Positions 23,701 to 35,443 of a stretch of 64,000 nucleotides of DNA are shown here, piece by piece. A model generated the notes under the pieces. It made no database searches and had not been told where the DNA came from. It saw nothing but the letters and a program-made list of their open reading frames with translations. Origin of the DNA: Leucoraja erinacea (lineage: Eukaryota). Made by a program: the position numbers and the translations under genes. Position 1 is the first letter of the stretch, and every line of letters begins with the position of its first letter. The DNA is taken from positions 22,630,001 to 22,694,000 of the forward strand of contig NC_073404.1 of assembly GCF_028641065.1 (NCBI RefSeq). Reading direction: 5' to 3'.

Positions 23701-26700
23701 TTCACATCCGGTGTAAAACCACAGGAAGCCACAAACCTGCAGAAAAGCAAATCAACCGTGATCTATGGAATATAGTAATTTTACAGTCTTTAAAAGCTGT
23801 ACAAATCTGCTATCACCATAATCATTCCTTGGACACTATTACAGTGAGTGTACACAAAATAAAGCAATTGCTCCAACACACCCAAAACACTAACACTGAA
23901 ACGCTGTTTGATCAGAACCCAAGGGTTTGGACACTGTTACTCCTCTCCTCCTGTGAAGAGCACGCGGCATTATTGCTGGACCAGCACATTTACGGTTGAA
24001 AAATAAATTAAAAATAACTGCACAATGCTGACCTTCCACAAGGAGACACGGTGGCATAAGCATTATTCATTTGGTTAGTGTTAATTGTAGTAAGGACCTC
24101 TCCTTTTAGATCCCAGATTAGGATGGTAGTATCATTGGAGGCAGACATAATGAACTTTCCTAAAATTGAAATAAGACACACTGTTATTATATTTTGGTCC
24201 ATATACATTTTCTCTGTACACAGCATTTATAGATGATTGTTACATAGTAAAGAAAGGACTAACAGCAGGTAATCAAACTTGTAAATGCACACAGGCTGCA
24301 GAGTCCCTACACATGGATTTACACATGTCATTTCCAATCAGCAATCCTATTATTTCAGTCAGGCACTCACAATATTCCTTCGCACATGGTGGGGAGAAAG
24401 TATGGCAAGTCATCCCAAAACATTGTCTCTTATTTCAAAATTTAGTACAAAGGGACTTGGAGACTTTAGCATAGGGGTGCGATGGAGTGAAGGAGATATT
24501 TACAAAACATACTGTATTTGGGAATGGAGGGAGAATATTCCCATACAAATATAATGAATGATACTTTGGTTAACTTTGGCAACCAACAGCAACTAACCAA
24601 AAGCTGGTTGACACTAGCCCAAGGATCGATCAGATGGGTGAAATTTGCAAATCAATATATACCTGTTTCGGCAATTCCAATATTGATAATGGGAGCTTTG
24701 TGCCTCTTTGGAAAATCTTCTGGTGCAGCAGTGAATGTGAACGAACCATCATCCCTTTTAGTCATTTTAAAAACACGGATTGTTTCTTCATTTGCTAGCC
24801 ATGCGATGAAGGCTCTTCAGTGATGGAATTAAAAAGAAAATGACATTAAAACACCGCTCGTACATGTAGATTGTCGCAAAAGAATAATGATCAAACAGTG
24901 AAGGATCAGAACCGGCTGCAATTGAAACCAAATTAGAAACTGCCAAATCCTTGCCACCAACTCCCAAGTCTCACTGAACCAAAGCAAATGGGATTTTGTA
25001 TGATGTTCCCAGAGTATTCAAACAACATTCTTCCTTGGCACACAGCTGCTAAATCTAAATGGCATACCCCAAAAAAACAATGAGATAAGAACAAGATTGA
25101 AATCTCTGATTAACAGTTTAATACATCATATTTTACCTAGAATCAGGGCTGAAGCATACATGTGTAGCATGATCAAGTTCAACATTAGCTCGCATACAAC
25201 GATGATCACGTTCAAGAAAATCTTTTGTGCTCCAAATCCGAACTGTACGGTCATCAGCACAGGAGGCCAGGTACTTTCCATTGCTACTAAAATCTAGACA
25301 GCTGATATTCGCGCTGTGGCCCTTAAAAACAAAATTCACAATTCAAACTTAACTATTACAATCACTGATAAAGCATGCATGCTTACGGTGATGCCTCTTT
25401 ATTATTTTTAATAAACGTCATTCATCTTTCATATAAAAAGGGATTTGGAAAAAAACATTATTCAAAGTGTTCTCATTTCATTAGAAAAGTTCATAAATAT
25501 ACCTATGATTATGAGCAGTTAAAACTGCTTATAAGCATGGTTAGTGAACTTACTTTATAAATAATCCTACTACGCTGATCAATTATAAAAAGGAAGGGCT
25601 GCAAAACTCTGAGCAATAAGACCAAATACAATAATGAATTCAAAACAATAAGGCTACAAGGGTAGTCTAAATTGTTAGGAAGTTGTTGCTTAGGTTGGAA
25701 ATATTAGATGATCCTAACTTAAAAATTGTTTTATTGAGGCAAATATGATGACCTATCTTAGCAGGTATTATAGCAAAGAGCTTTCCTTCAAATCACCGCC
25801 CAAATGATAAATTATATGGATTGGAATTTGTATTGCTCTGCACCTTCAAGTTACAGTGAAATGAAGTTATTCATTTTTTTCTGGATCACCATGTATTCAA
25901 TTGATGTTTCTTTGAAGAGGTAATGCTGGTCACTGATCAGTTCATTTGATGGAATATGTTGTATGGTTCATAGTCTTAAAACCATTTTCAGCCATATAAA
26001 AGAATGGAACATAGAAATGTCTAAGATAAACTTTGACGTAATTTTCTGCATTATAGTAGGTAAATTAAAGTTGTTGTTGAACCTTAGAACTTACACATAT
26101 TTTGCTTTATTTCCCCCATTTTCAGTGTTCCCAGTGATAGTATGTAACACATATGCTGAAGCAGGTAATGTGTTGCTTTATAACTTTGACGTTCCTTACC
26201 TTCAGTGAAGTGGCCAGCAAAGGGTGGGTAAACACGTGTTGCTGCAACTTTTCTTTGCGTGAACGTAGCAACTTTTGCTTCTTTGATGCTACATTTCGAT
26301 CGTTCACACCATTACTGACTTTACCGTCTTCTGCATAAAATAACAGGCAACTTCAGTTCTCCAATCTTTTACAATAATTCAGTTGAAAAGCCTTCTAGAA
26401 TCATAGTGTTCAACTACATAATCTGTTCATCCATTAAGTTAGGAAGAGGGGCTGAGGTTGCAGCCCAAAAAAGGGTGCAAGCAAAAACACCACATAACAT
26501 TTCAGCCATAATTAAACTCTGACAGAGACAGACATTATAAACAAAACAAATTGGTGGTGGTTGTGGGGGCATGTAGTTGGAAAATTCAATATTCATATTT
26601 CATAACGTTGGGTTGTAAACTACCCAAGCAGAATATAAAGGGGTGACTGAACCAAAGAACTGTGGCTGGAGTGGTTCCTGCGGTAGGTAGAAGGGGGTGT

Positions 26701-28444
26701 AGATGGGAAGATATGACTGGTGATGGAATCATGTTGGAGATGGCAGAAATGTCAGAGAACAATGTGTTGGATGTGGAGGCTGGTGAGGTGAAAGGCAATG
26801 ACCATGGGAATTCTGTCCTTGTTCTGTCTAGGGTCCTTAATTTGTGCTTTGTTTAACTCCTCCAAATTGGTGAGACCAAGAGCAGACTCTTTCCTCGGCC
26901 ACCTGACTCTATCTGCCAATCAATCCGTCCTCACCTGGATCCACAAAGCACTTGTCAATTCTTGCCCCATCCCTCCCTCTCACCTCTTTACCCTGGCTAC
27001 CACCCTTCTACTCTTTTAATCCAAATATGGGTATTGACTTGAAACGTTGAGTGTACAATTCCTTCCGTAGATGATGCCTTATCCGAGGAATTCCTCCAGC
27101 AGCTTGTATTTTTTTTCTTGATTCTATTTGTCAATACTTGTCATGCCCTCTCGTTTCTACATCATGTCCCTTTTATTATTATACAAAGTAACATCAGAGT
27201 AATATTGCTACACGAGCTTAAAAGCAGTGGGTGGCATTCAAGGAAGAGATACTGACTGATGTTTTGGATTGATTCATTACCATCGTTATTTTACAACTAC
27301 ACCATCGTTCAAAGACAAAACGTCAGATTCCACACCTATGTATCACATAGCTCTCACCTACAACCTATCTTTTCCTCCACTCTTTCCAGATTGAGGGTCT
27401 GCCTGATCACTATCCACCGGATTAGTTCAACAGACCATGGGTATGTAATTTCCAGAAAAAACAAGTAAGCTATCCCTCTTCTCTTACGTTTAGAAAAACT
27501 GAGAGGTGACAGATTTGTCTGAAACTATGGGGTGGGCTATTGATTATATTAACCTTCCCTAAATGTCATTGTGCTTTGGGAGCAAAATAACATTTTTGGT
27601 CATTTGCAAGTCTGAAGAAGGGTCTCGACCCAAAATGTCACCTATTCCTTTTCTCCAGAGATGCTGCCTTACCCGCTGAATTACTCCAGCTTTTTGTCTC
27701 ATGCCCAAGCAGCTTCTTATTTTGTGTCAAAGAACCATGTAGCAGGGAAACGGGCACTTCGGCCCAACTCTTCCATGATGACTATGCTTCATCTGAGCTT
27801 GTCCCATTTGCCTGCATTTTGGCCCATATTTTTCTGAACCTTTCCTATCCATTTACCTGTCTGACTGTTCCTGCCTCAACTACCTCCTCTGGCAGCTGGT
27901 GCCTCTGTTAACTCCTCTGGCAGCTCGTCTCATACACCCTCCACCTTGTGAGTAAAAACGGTGTCCCTTCAAGTTCCAGTAAATCTTTCCCCTCTCACCT
28001 TAAATCTGTCTTTTGGTTTTTGATTCCCCTAACTTGGGCAACCGACTGTACATGCACCCTATCTATTCCCCTTATGATTTTACACATCTATAAGATCATA
28101 TTTTGTGTTGAGAATGTTTCTATGAACTTGCTTTGAAGTCCTATTGAAGTATTGGTCGATGTGCTGGGCTTTGCTCTGTCCCCATTGACTGGGGGATGGA
28201 TAGTGGAGCGGCTGTCCAGTCCTCCGGCCGCTGGAGAGCGCTGGCGATCCCGCTCCATTCAAGGCCTCGGCCGCCGCCAATACCCGCAGACCGGCCGGCC
28301 ATTCAGCCCCTTACCGTCGCTGCTGCTGTTGCCACCGCCGCTCTCCTGCGGCAGGGTCTTTCGCGACCCGCTCACCACCACCGTGATGAGGAGAATGAGC
28401 GCCCCCAGGAACAGGGACAGGGCGACGACACCGAACGGCTCCAT
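17341..28444 (-). CDS. TBL2: Transducin beta-like protein 2 (N-terminal TM anchor plus WD40 repeats); 7 coding exons, 1335 nt, 444 aa
   Basis: Exon lengths 130+131+185+152+127+153+457 with GT-AG sites and consistent phases; motifs FTHPLLATSLKGHS, DFSSNGKYLASCADDRTVRIWSTKDFL, CGFTPDVKVWEV, ATVSKDGTWKLWDTDV recognised as TBL2. Confidence 0.95.
18527..20174 (+). mobile_element. Full-length Tc1 transposon (about 1.65 kb) with IR/DR-type long inverted repeats and a disrupted transposase (18891-19920)
   Basis: Inverted ends agtgccctc..gtttgggacaaagacc / ggtctttgtcccaaacattatggaggccattg; inner repeats near 18745 and 19955; GRPRKT, VKHGGGGVMAWACM, QQDNEPK, SPNLNPIE motifs; several stops and frameshifts; in TBL2 intron 6. 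Confidence 0.95.
20705..20932. mobile_element. Tigger/pogo-type MITE, TA TSD
   Basis: ta|caggttcacaatcttttatccgaaa ... tttcggataagagattgtgaacctg|ta. Confidence 0.88.
20935..21558 (+). mobile_element. L2-type LINE 3' end with (TTA)n tail
   Basis: LHWLPVRFRIDYKVLL, AFFNYAPKLWNTLP, FKRQLKTYLF; aataaagttattattatt tail. Confidence 0.85.
21580..23300 (-). mobile_element. Old CR1 LINE RT fragment, interrupted by a younger CR1 piece in the opposite orientation
   Basis: LYKTLVRPHFE on minus at about 21860; further eroded RT sequence at 22560-23250. Confidence 0.7.
22021..22520 (+). mobile_element. CR1 LINE 3' fragment (younger)
   Basis: VEYCVQFWSPNLRKDILA...LGLYTLEFRRMRG; SRTRGHSLRIRG. Confidence 0.9.
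23584..23736 (-). CDS. TBL2: TBL2 exon 6 (FVASCGFTPDVKVWEVCF...GHSAGIYSFSFSNDSR)
   Basis: 153 nt; gcag acceptor, gtaag donor, phase 2-2. Confidence 0.95.
24033..24159 (-). CDS. TBL2: TBL2 exon 5 (KFIMSASNDTTILIWDLKGEVL...VSPCG)
   Basis: 127 nt, GT-AG, phase 1-2. Confidence 0.95.
24663..24814 (-). CDS. TBL2: TBL2 exon 4 (AFIAWLANEETIRVFKMTKRDDGSF...NIGIAET)
   Basis: 152 nt, GT-AG, phase 2-1. Confidence 0.94.
25137..25321 (-). CDS. TBL2: TBL2 exon 3 (GHSANISCLDFSSNGKYLASCADD...FSPDS)
   Basis: 185 nt, GT-AG, phase 0-2. Confidence 0.95.
26200..26330 (-). CDS. TBL2: TBL2 exon 2 (DGKVSNG...FTHPLLATSLK)
   Basis: 131 nt; ttttatgcag acceptor, gtaag donor, phase 1-0. Confidence 0.93.
26560..27120. 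mobile_element. Degraded Penelope-like fragments
   Basis: Eroded PLE-like C-terminal coding sequence on minus (26560-26830) and a gaaacgtt...gatgatgcctt...ttcctccagca terminal-repeat remnant (27030-27110). Confidence 0.5.
27608..27700 (+). mobile_element. Penelope terminal repeat with CpG-decayed hammerhead core
   Basis: ctgaagaagggtctcgacccaaaatgtcacct. Confidence 0.8.
27730..28100 (-). mobile_element. CR1 LINE 3' end
   Basis: Reverse of the typical CR1 3' tail (cttcggcccaact...tcccatttgcctgcat...tctttcccctctcaccttaaa). Confidence 0.7.
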
Positions 28445-28860
28445 TCGAACGACTGTACGGCAACGTCGGCGCGCGTGGCAGCGGCGCGTCGACACGTCGA
28501 TGGGGAGTGATTGCGCCCGTACGTCAGCACGTCGGGTGGGGAAGGCGGATTGCGTCGATGTGTCAACACGTCGGGAAGGGGGGGGGGGGGCGAAGAGATT
28601 GCGTCCATACGTCAGCGCGCAGGTCGGCGGCGGCGTTGGACGTCCCTGGAGCCGCGGGCTGCTCGGTGCGCGTCCCCTGCCCCGGGCACGTGCACGCGCG
28701 CGCCCAACATTCAAAGCCCGGCGCGCGCCCCGAGCCCGGGATGGAGCCGCCATTTGCGGGCGGCAGAGGTTCCTCTGTCAGTCGGGACATGATGGAGCGC
28801 ACGGTGGACGATAGCGCCGCAGAGGCCGTCACTTCAGGTCCTGATTGCAGATCAGCCCCA
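28150..28860 (-). promoter_or_regulatory. CpG island spanning the TBL2 promoter and exon 1
   Basis: High GC and dense CpG in an otherwise CpG-depleted window; surrounds the TBL2 ATG. Confidence 0.85.
28315..28444 (-). CDS. TBL2: TBL2 exon 1 coding part (MEPFGVVALSLFLGALILLITVVV..., signal anchor)
   Basis: ATG at 28444, hydrophobic helix, donor G|gtaag, 130 nt, phase 1 matching exon 2. Confidence 0.9.
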
Positions 28861-29711
28861 GGTATTTGGGGACATTTGGGCTGTGAAGAGATCTCTCCAT
28901 GACAAATCCTGAGTGCATTTTCCCCAAGATCTATGAATAACCGTTAGCAATGACCGAAAAATACATTTCCCGACGAAATTGTGTATTTCCACAAGTGTGC
29001 TAAATCTAGCTGAATATTGATTACAAAAGAAACTCGTGCATTCACTAAAACAATCTAGAATTGCCTCACACCCCTCATGTTAAGCTTTCTCCTTGCAGGT
29101 ACTCCTTAATTTATGAATGTTCCACCTCATTTTACAAAGCCGATTTCACTAAAACGAACAATCGTTAACGTTATGGGGCAGGGAGGAGATAAAGCTGGCA
29201 ATTATAGATAATAGGAACTACTGCTAAATATAAACATCAGTCAACGACCTATTTTCTGAACCCAATATTGACATTGTAAGTGTGTCACCAGAACAGTGAA
29301 TTACAAGTAATAGTGGCAATTGAAATCATAGGCGCAACTGTTATCTATCTAGATGACCATTCAATACTTGACAGCTGCAGTATGCCGGCACAGGCAGTTT
29401 GAAATGAGAGACCACAGGCATTCGACACCACGGGGTCTATTTGGTATGATTGCTCCATGAAATTAACCCCGGTAATTACATAATCAACTTTAAAATGGAC
29501 TGCAAAAACTAAAATAGACTTCAATTGTGTGTAATAGCCACGTGGGGGTGGGGTGGTGCAATTTCAATCATGTATATATATATCTATTCACCACTATTGT
29601 TTCCTGTAGAATGAGACCCTTGAGGGTGCATCCTGTGTTTCGAAAGGGAGAGATGTTATAAGATGAAGAATTGTGAAAGGGTTAAAGAGTCAAGAGCATT
29701 TTATTGTCATA

Positions 29712-30604
29712 CTAGACCAAGGAGGACCCGTTGGGTCCCGTCCCCTCAACGGGGGGGGGGGGGGGGGATGGCCTGCGGCGTCACACATACTAACCACCCC
29801 CACACACACACACACACTAACCCCCCCCCATTTGATATCGTAAACATAATATCCATTCGCTCCTTTTGCCCCCTCCCCCTCCCAATCCACTCACACATAG
29901 CCCCCAACTATGCAGGCGCAGCTAGAGAGGGAGGGGGTAGAGAGGGCAGAGAGACAGAGAGGGCAGAGAGAGAGTGAAAAGGAGGAATGGAGGAATGGGG
30001 GGGGCGAACGGAGGGGAGGAGACCAGAGGGGAGTGGGAAGAGAGAGGAAGGATTGGGGTTGAAGGCAAAAGAGCCCCATGGGTCAATACAAACATATGGA
30101 GATCCTTCCTGTCCCTCTCGCTCACGCACACATATGCATATCAGCACCCGGCGACACATGCGTCCGGGCGTCGACTCGAGGACCGAGCGGTGCGGCCGGC
30201 GGGCGTCGACCCGAGGTCCACAAGTTCGGCCGCTCCAGTACAGGGCCCGACTTCATCTCCGGGCTCGTTCTTTCTGCGTCCTTTGAATAACCAGGAGGGG
30301 GGAGGGGTCGGGAGGTGACATCACTCGAAGTGCGTGGAAGATTGTGTGTGAGGGCGCCGAGCAGAACCATTGTGACGTCATCAGCGAGAACTGCTCGTTT
30401 TAAATTCAGTCTTTTGATATTTTTAAACATTTTCAGTAATGTCGAGAAATAAAGCATTACATTTTCAGATAATGTGATTTTGGACTCGACGGGAAAAATG
30501 TCAACCGGAATATGTAAATATTTTATTGTTACCGTAAGTTTTTTTGTGAAGATGTAAAAACATATATACACACGTACAAGATCAGACTTTTAATAAGTAT
30601 ATGA
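29712..30604 (-). mobile_element. Non-autonomous Helitron (893 bp)
   Basis: On minus: A|TCATATACTTATTAAAAG 5' end; 3' hairpin GGACCC-AAC-GGGTCC 8 nt before CTAG|T; no TSD; flanks rejoin as ttattgtcata|tgtccaaaacagaacaatgaaattctt, a LINE tail also seen at about 63430. Confidence 0.85.
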
Positions 30605-31019
30605 TGTCCAAAACAGAACAATGAAATTCTTACCTACAGCATCACAACAGAATATGTAAACATGGAAAACTCTGTAAACAATATAAACAATGTAATAAAT
30701 GAAATAAAAAATGAAGTTAAAAGTTATATATGTGTAATATACATATATTTGTATAGGAACTATATCACACACACAAAAGCAATAATAGTGTAAAAAGACA
30801 ATGTATAGAAGATGAGAAGCAATGGTATGTGTCATGAATTTGCTAAAAACATTCAAGGCCAATTCCATCAAAAGATGGCTAAACCAGCGTTATTGCAAGG
30901 AAGGGTGGGAGAGCATACACCATGGTGGCAGAACATTTTCCACAGGAGCTGAAACAAATAATCAGGAAAGATGGTTCCCCAAAACTTGTGTTTAAGTACT
31001 TAAGTCCAAGAAAATAAAT

Positions 31020-31550
31020 TGTCCTATTGCAGTTATATAAGTTGTTGGGGAAGGAACATCTAGAGTACTGTGTTCAGTTTTGGTCGCCATGTTATAGGGT
31101 GCAGGGAAGTTTTAAGAGTCTGATGCCAGGACCAGAGGGCCTGAGCTCTAGGGAGAGGTTGAGCAGACTAGGACTTTATTCCTTGGAGCGCAGGAGGATG
31201 AGGGGTGATCTTATAGTGGTATGCCAAGCCATGAGAGGGTAAATGCACAGTCTTTTACCCAGAGTATGGGAATAAAGAACCAGAGGACATCGGTTTAAGA
31301 TGAGGGGAGAAAGATTTAATAGGAACCTGAAGGGTTACTTTTTTTATACAAACGGTGGTGGGTGTATGGAACGAGCTTCTGGAGGAAGGTCTTGAGGCAG
31401 TTATTATCACAATGTTGAAGAAGCATTTAGACAGGTAAATGGATAGGATACTTTTAGAGGGATATGGACCAAATGCAGGCTAGATAGGGCATGTTGGTCG
31501 GCATAGGCAAGTTGGGCCAAAAGGCCTATTTCCTCGCTGTATGACTATAA
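31020..31550 (+). mobile_element. CR1 LINE 3' fragment
   Basis: LYKLLGKEHLEYCVQFWSPCY...LGLYSLERRRMRGDLI. Confidence 0.85.
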
Positions 31551-33546
31551 AGTGAATAACATAGGCCTCTTTTGGAAGTGGATGCTGGATGTTATCTGAA
31601 AGAAAGAGAAAACTGCTCTCGACTTCAAGGGAGCCAAAGATTACCAAACATTAGCACGATCATGCAGGAGTTAGCACTGCTGCCTCAAACTGAAAGGGTC
31701 CAGGTTCAGGTTCTGTGAATGGAATTTGCATATTGTCTACTGTGTGTGAGTTTCCACGGAGTGCTTCCTGCACGTCTCAAGAATATACTAATAATTAAAT
31801 TGGCAATAGTAAATTGTCCAAAATGTAGATAAGTGACCAAGAATCAAATTGAATTTGCTAGCTGTGTGTCATGCTGTCTTCCAGTTGGTGGAAGGATTCC
31901 TGCAGAAACATCATCGCTCCAACTCCTGCACATAATTTGCTGGTATGTTTGAAAAAATATAGTACCTTCTTCCCTTCATTTTGTATTGGGTCATACTAAG
32001 TTCACCTGCAGTAGACACACTACCCTTCCCCTTTAAGAGGTGTAGTTTGCTTTGAATTAGTAGCACATGAACGCGCTCTCTTGTAGGGCAAAAATCAAAT
32101 GAATGACTGGATTAGACCAGGGCTACGACCAAACCATTGCTATCCTGAAAGATACTGAACAGCTCAAATACCAGCCAACAAGTTGCTCCTGATAATTTCT
32201 GTAATTCAACTAATTTAGATATTTTTCCCATTGTTTGCCCCAACCTTTCTCATCCATCTTTCTCTTCACTGCTCGACTAACCTTCCCATTGTAAAAAGAT
32301 TAGAATGAAAAATATTGGTTAATCAAATAATACTGATTCCGCCAGATTTTCTATGCAGATTGTTTTTCATCAAAGGAATGCTTACAAATCTTCAACTCCC
32401 TTGGATAATAAAGTCATGATTAGAAAAAGTTTATTCAAACTAAAATAAAAACCTCTCATTCTTTTTTGTCTCCAGTCAAAATGCTGTTCATTGATGTTAC
32501 TTTATTATTTTTGACAGCGTGGTGTGGGAAAGCAGTGCCTTGAGAGTTATGTGGAGGATCAAGTACTCTGTTCACAAAGCATGTTCTAAGGCACATTGCC
32601 TGCTGGTTCCTTATTAATCTTAATAAGATCAAGGCTCCAGTAATTAAATTTCATCTGAATAGGATGCAGAGTCGAAAGATCACATATAATCATACACATG
32701 AAGCATCTCTGTGAAGAAAAAATGTCATTGAACTTTATTGAGTGCTTGTATTTTAAACTTCAATTGCACAAAATGCAGTTATTTAAAAAATGAATTAAAA
32801 GCAGCTCACTTCTGAGTTGTCTCTGCAGTTCTGTCAGGTAATGCAGTGAAGCAATCTGTATTAAAGCAGCAATGTCAAGCATCAAAAGGAGATGTATGTG
32901 AAATTTATCTACAGTAATTTAAAAAAATAAGGCAACTGAACCAAACAACTGAAGTTCAACAAGACTTAAATTCTCTGAGAAATTTCTGTAAAACAGTCTG
33001 AAGAAGGGTTCTGTTGCTTGACCCGCTGAGTTACTTCAGCACTTTGTGTCTATTTTCAGTATAAACCAGCATATGCAGTTCCTTCCTGAACACAAGTCTG
33101 TAAATTTCCTCCGTATGGACTAACTAACTCTCAAAACTAACCCAGACTAAACTTAAATAAAGATTACGTTGAGAATTGGTTATGAAGATTTACAAAGTAT
33201 CCTTTTGGCAAAGCAACATCAGCTCTGTCACAATGTAATTGTTATACTCTTCTGATGGTCTGATGTTCATAGTTTTAGGAGTGGGTTAATTTAGATGGAG
33301 TCCCCTTCAGTATAGATTATTTTGTTCAAAAAATTACTCCAATGTGTAAAGAATGTGAATGATTTAATCCCGCATCAGCCCTCCGGCTGCGTGATTTTTT
33401 GAATAATCATTCAGTATATTGTATAGGAAAAATACAATGTTTATCAGCACCCGGAGGTCTTGATTTACATCCTATTGGTAATGCCTCGATCTTCTGGCAT
33501 AAAACCTTGATCCTGGGATTGATTCCAACGGAAACCATGATCTTAA

Positions 33547-33818
33547 AGGGGCTGTCCCACTGCGGCGACCTAATCTGCGAGTTTAGAAGAGTTTGTCCTG
33601 GACTCAAACTCGTAGCATGGTCGACACAGGTCCAAGGAGGTCATATGAGGTCACTGGAACTCTCCTGTGTGTATGTGTGCGGTCAGTTGATCCAGCTCGC
33701 GGTTACATCGCTGACGGTCGATCCAGCTCGAGGTTTTCCAGGCAAGTGCCCTCGAGCTTGAAGGTCGAAGACATTCTTCTGAACTTGCAGATTAGGTTGC
33801 CGCAGTGGGACAGCACCT
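33547..33818. mobile_element. PIF/Harbinger-type MITE, related to the 12711 element
   Basis: TIR aggggctgtcccactgcggcgacctaatctgc / gcagattaggttgccgcagtgggacagcacct, flanked by (t)taa and tta(a). Confidence 0.8.
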
Positions 33819-33994
33819 TTAATTGCCACTCTATCTACCCTGCAGACTTTGGATGCAGTCAATAATACTCAGAATTCAACCAGGGAAGCAATGTGTCAAC
33901 CAGCTCCCCAGGATTCAACCACAAGCAAACTACACTCTTGGCTAAAATATCCCCTTATAAATAGTCCAAATCAAATGGCTCGCATAACCTTCAG

Positions 33995-34400
33995 TTCATA
34001 AGATTATGTGATAGGAGAAGAATAAGGCCAATCGGCCCATCATCTACTCTGCCATTCAATCATGGCTGATCTATCTCTCCATCCTAACCCCATTTTCCTG
34101 CCTTCTCCCCATAACCTCTGACATCAAGAATCTATATCTGCCTTAAAAATATCTACTGACTTGGCATCCACAGCCTTCAGTGGAAAATAATTCCAGAAAT
34201 TTATCAGAAATTCATCCTCATCTCCTTCCTAAAAGAATGTCCTTTAATTCTGAGGCTATGACCTAGACTCTCCCACTAGTGGAAACGTCCTCTTCACGTC
34301 CACTCCATCCAAGCCTTTCACTATTCGGTATGTTTCAATGAGGTGTATGAATCATTCTTCTAAACTCCAGCGAGTTACGGCCAAGTGCCGTCAAACGCTC
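33995..34400 (-). mobile_element. CR1 LINE 3' fragment
   Basis: Reverse of the CR1 tail (gccattcaatcatggctgatct..., ctagactctcccactagtggaaac). Confidence 0.8.
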
Positions 34401-35320
34401 CTTGTCAGACTTCACGCCTTGAACAAGTTCTCCTTGTTATCATTTTTCTCTACCTTACATTAAGTAATTAAGTTTGCCTGTTCAATTGAATGTTATTTCT
34501 TCTTGCCCCTTTGTGTTACACAGTAGTATAATAAAATTTCCTGTGAAACTTGTGAGTTTAAAGGAAGTAGGAAATATATAAACTCTCATGACACTTGCTC
34601 CCACTGCAAATCACTTCATATTCTTGACCTCTGGTCTTCCAAACTCCAACTCCAGTTCCTGCTTCACACTCCGCGCACAATCTGGTCCCAGTCCCAGCCA
34701 CATGGTGGACTCCTGCTTCTGGTCACTTGCACTTTGGTACTCCTGCTCACATTCTGGACCAATAAATGACCCAAATGCTGAACCGTCAGGATTGTTGACA
34801 ACCATATGCCAGATTTTTATAATTCCTTTTAGAAAACCATATGATGAAGATCCTGTGGAGAATAGCTTATCAAAATAACCTCTGCTCTGAAAACTCAGTT
34901 GTGTCATACTTGGACTGTTATTGGACTGATACCTATGTGTCCAGTTAATTTTAAATCGCAAATATTAATTTGAATTTAAGATAGCAAGAGTTTACACGTT
35001 TGTCAGTTTACAAAAACATTATTATAATTAGTATTTTTCCCAGCTGAAATGTAGGATGGAATCTGAACTGTCTATCTCAATGCCGTAATTCATTAAGATT
35101 TCTTTGATGAAATCTGATATTAGAACGACTATTAGAAAGGCTCCTCTGAGTGATGACTAATGTCGAATCAGAAGGTTTTCGGCACATCAGTAACCTATTA
35201 AATGCGATTGGTTCAATCATTACTCACCAGATTTGTATTAATAGGCCAGTCCCTCACTCTGTCAGGTGTAATCTCAGCTCTTTCATGCTGGTGCATTCCC
35301 CATCTATCTACTGGGTTACA

Positions 35321-35443
35321 ATGAAACAATCTACATCTCCACCATCAATCACATCTCCATCTCAAACTGTGGCAATCAACAATGCTGCAGACATCAGCGT
35401 GATCACTGTGTACTTTGTGATAGTCATCGGCATCGGACTGTGG
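35321..35443 (+). CDS. SLC5A2: SLC5A exon 1 (MKQST...[22 protein letters not shown])
   Basis: acaATGa context, donor tgg|gtaagg; an alternative in-frame ATG lies at 35285. Confidence 0.85.

Noticed and set aside
28152-28902. 220-aa and 131-aa plus-strand ORFs, and the upstream extension of the 164-aa minus ORF
   Set aside because: Stop-poor CpG island; only 28315-28444 on minus fits the TBL2 N-terminus and splice phase
34940-35245. Possible HNF1 sites and TATA-like element upstream of the SLC5A ATG (e.g. ggttcaatcattact, tgtattaata)
   Set aside because: Imperfect matches in AT-rich DNA; plausible given known SGLT regulation but not supportable from sequence alone
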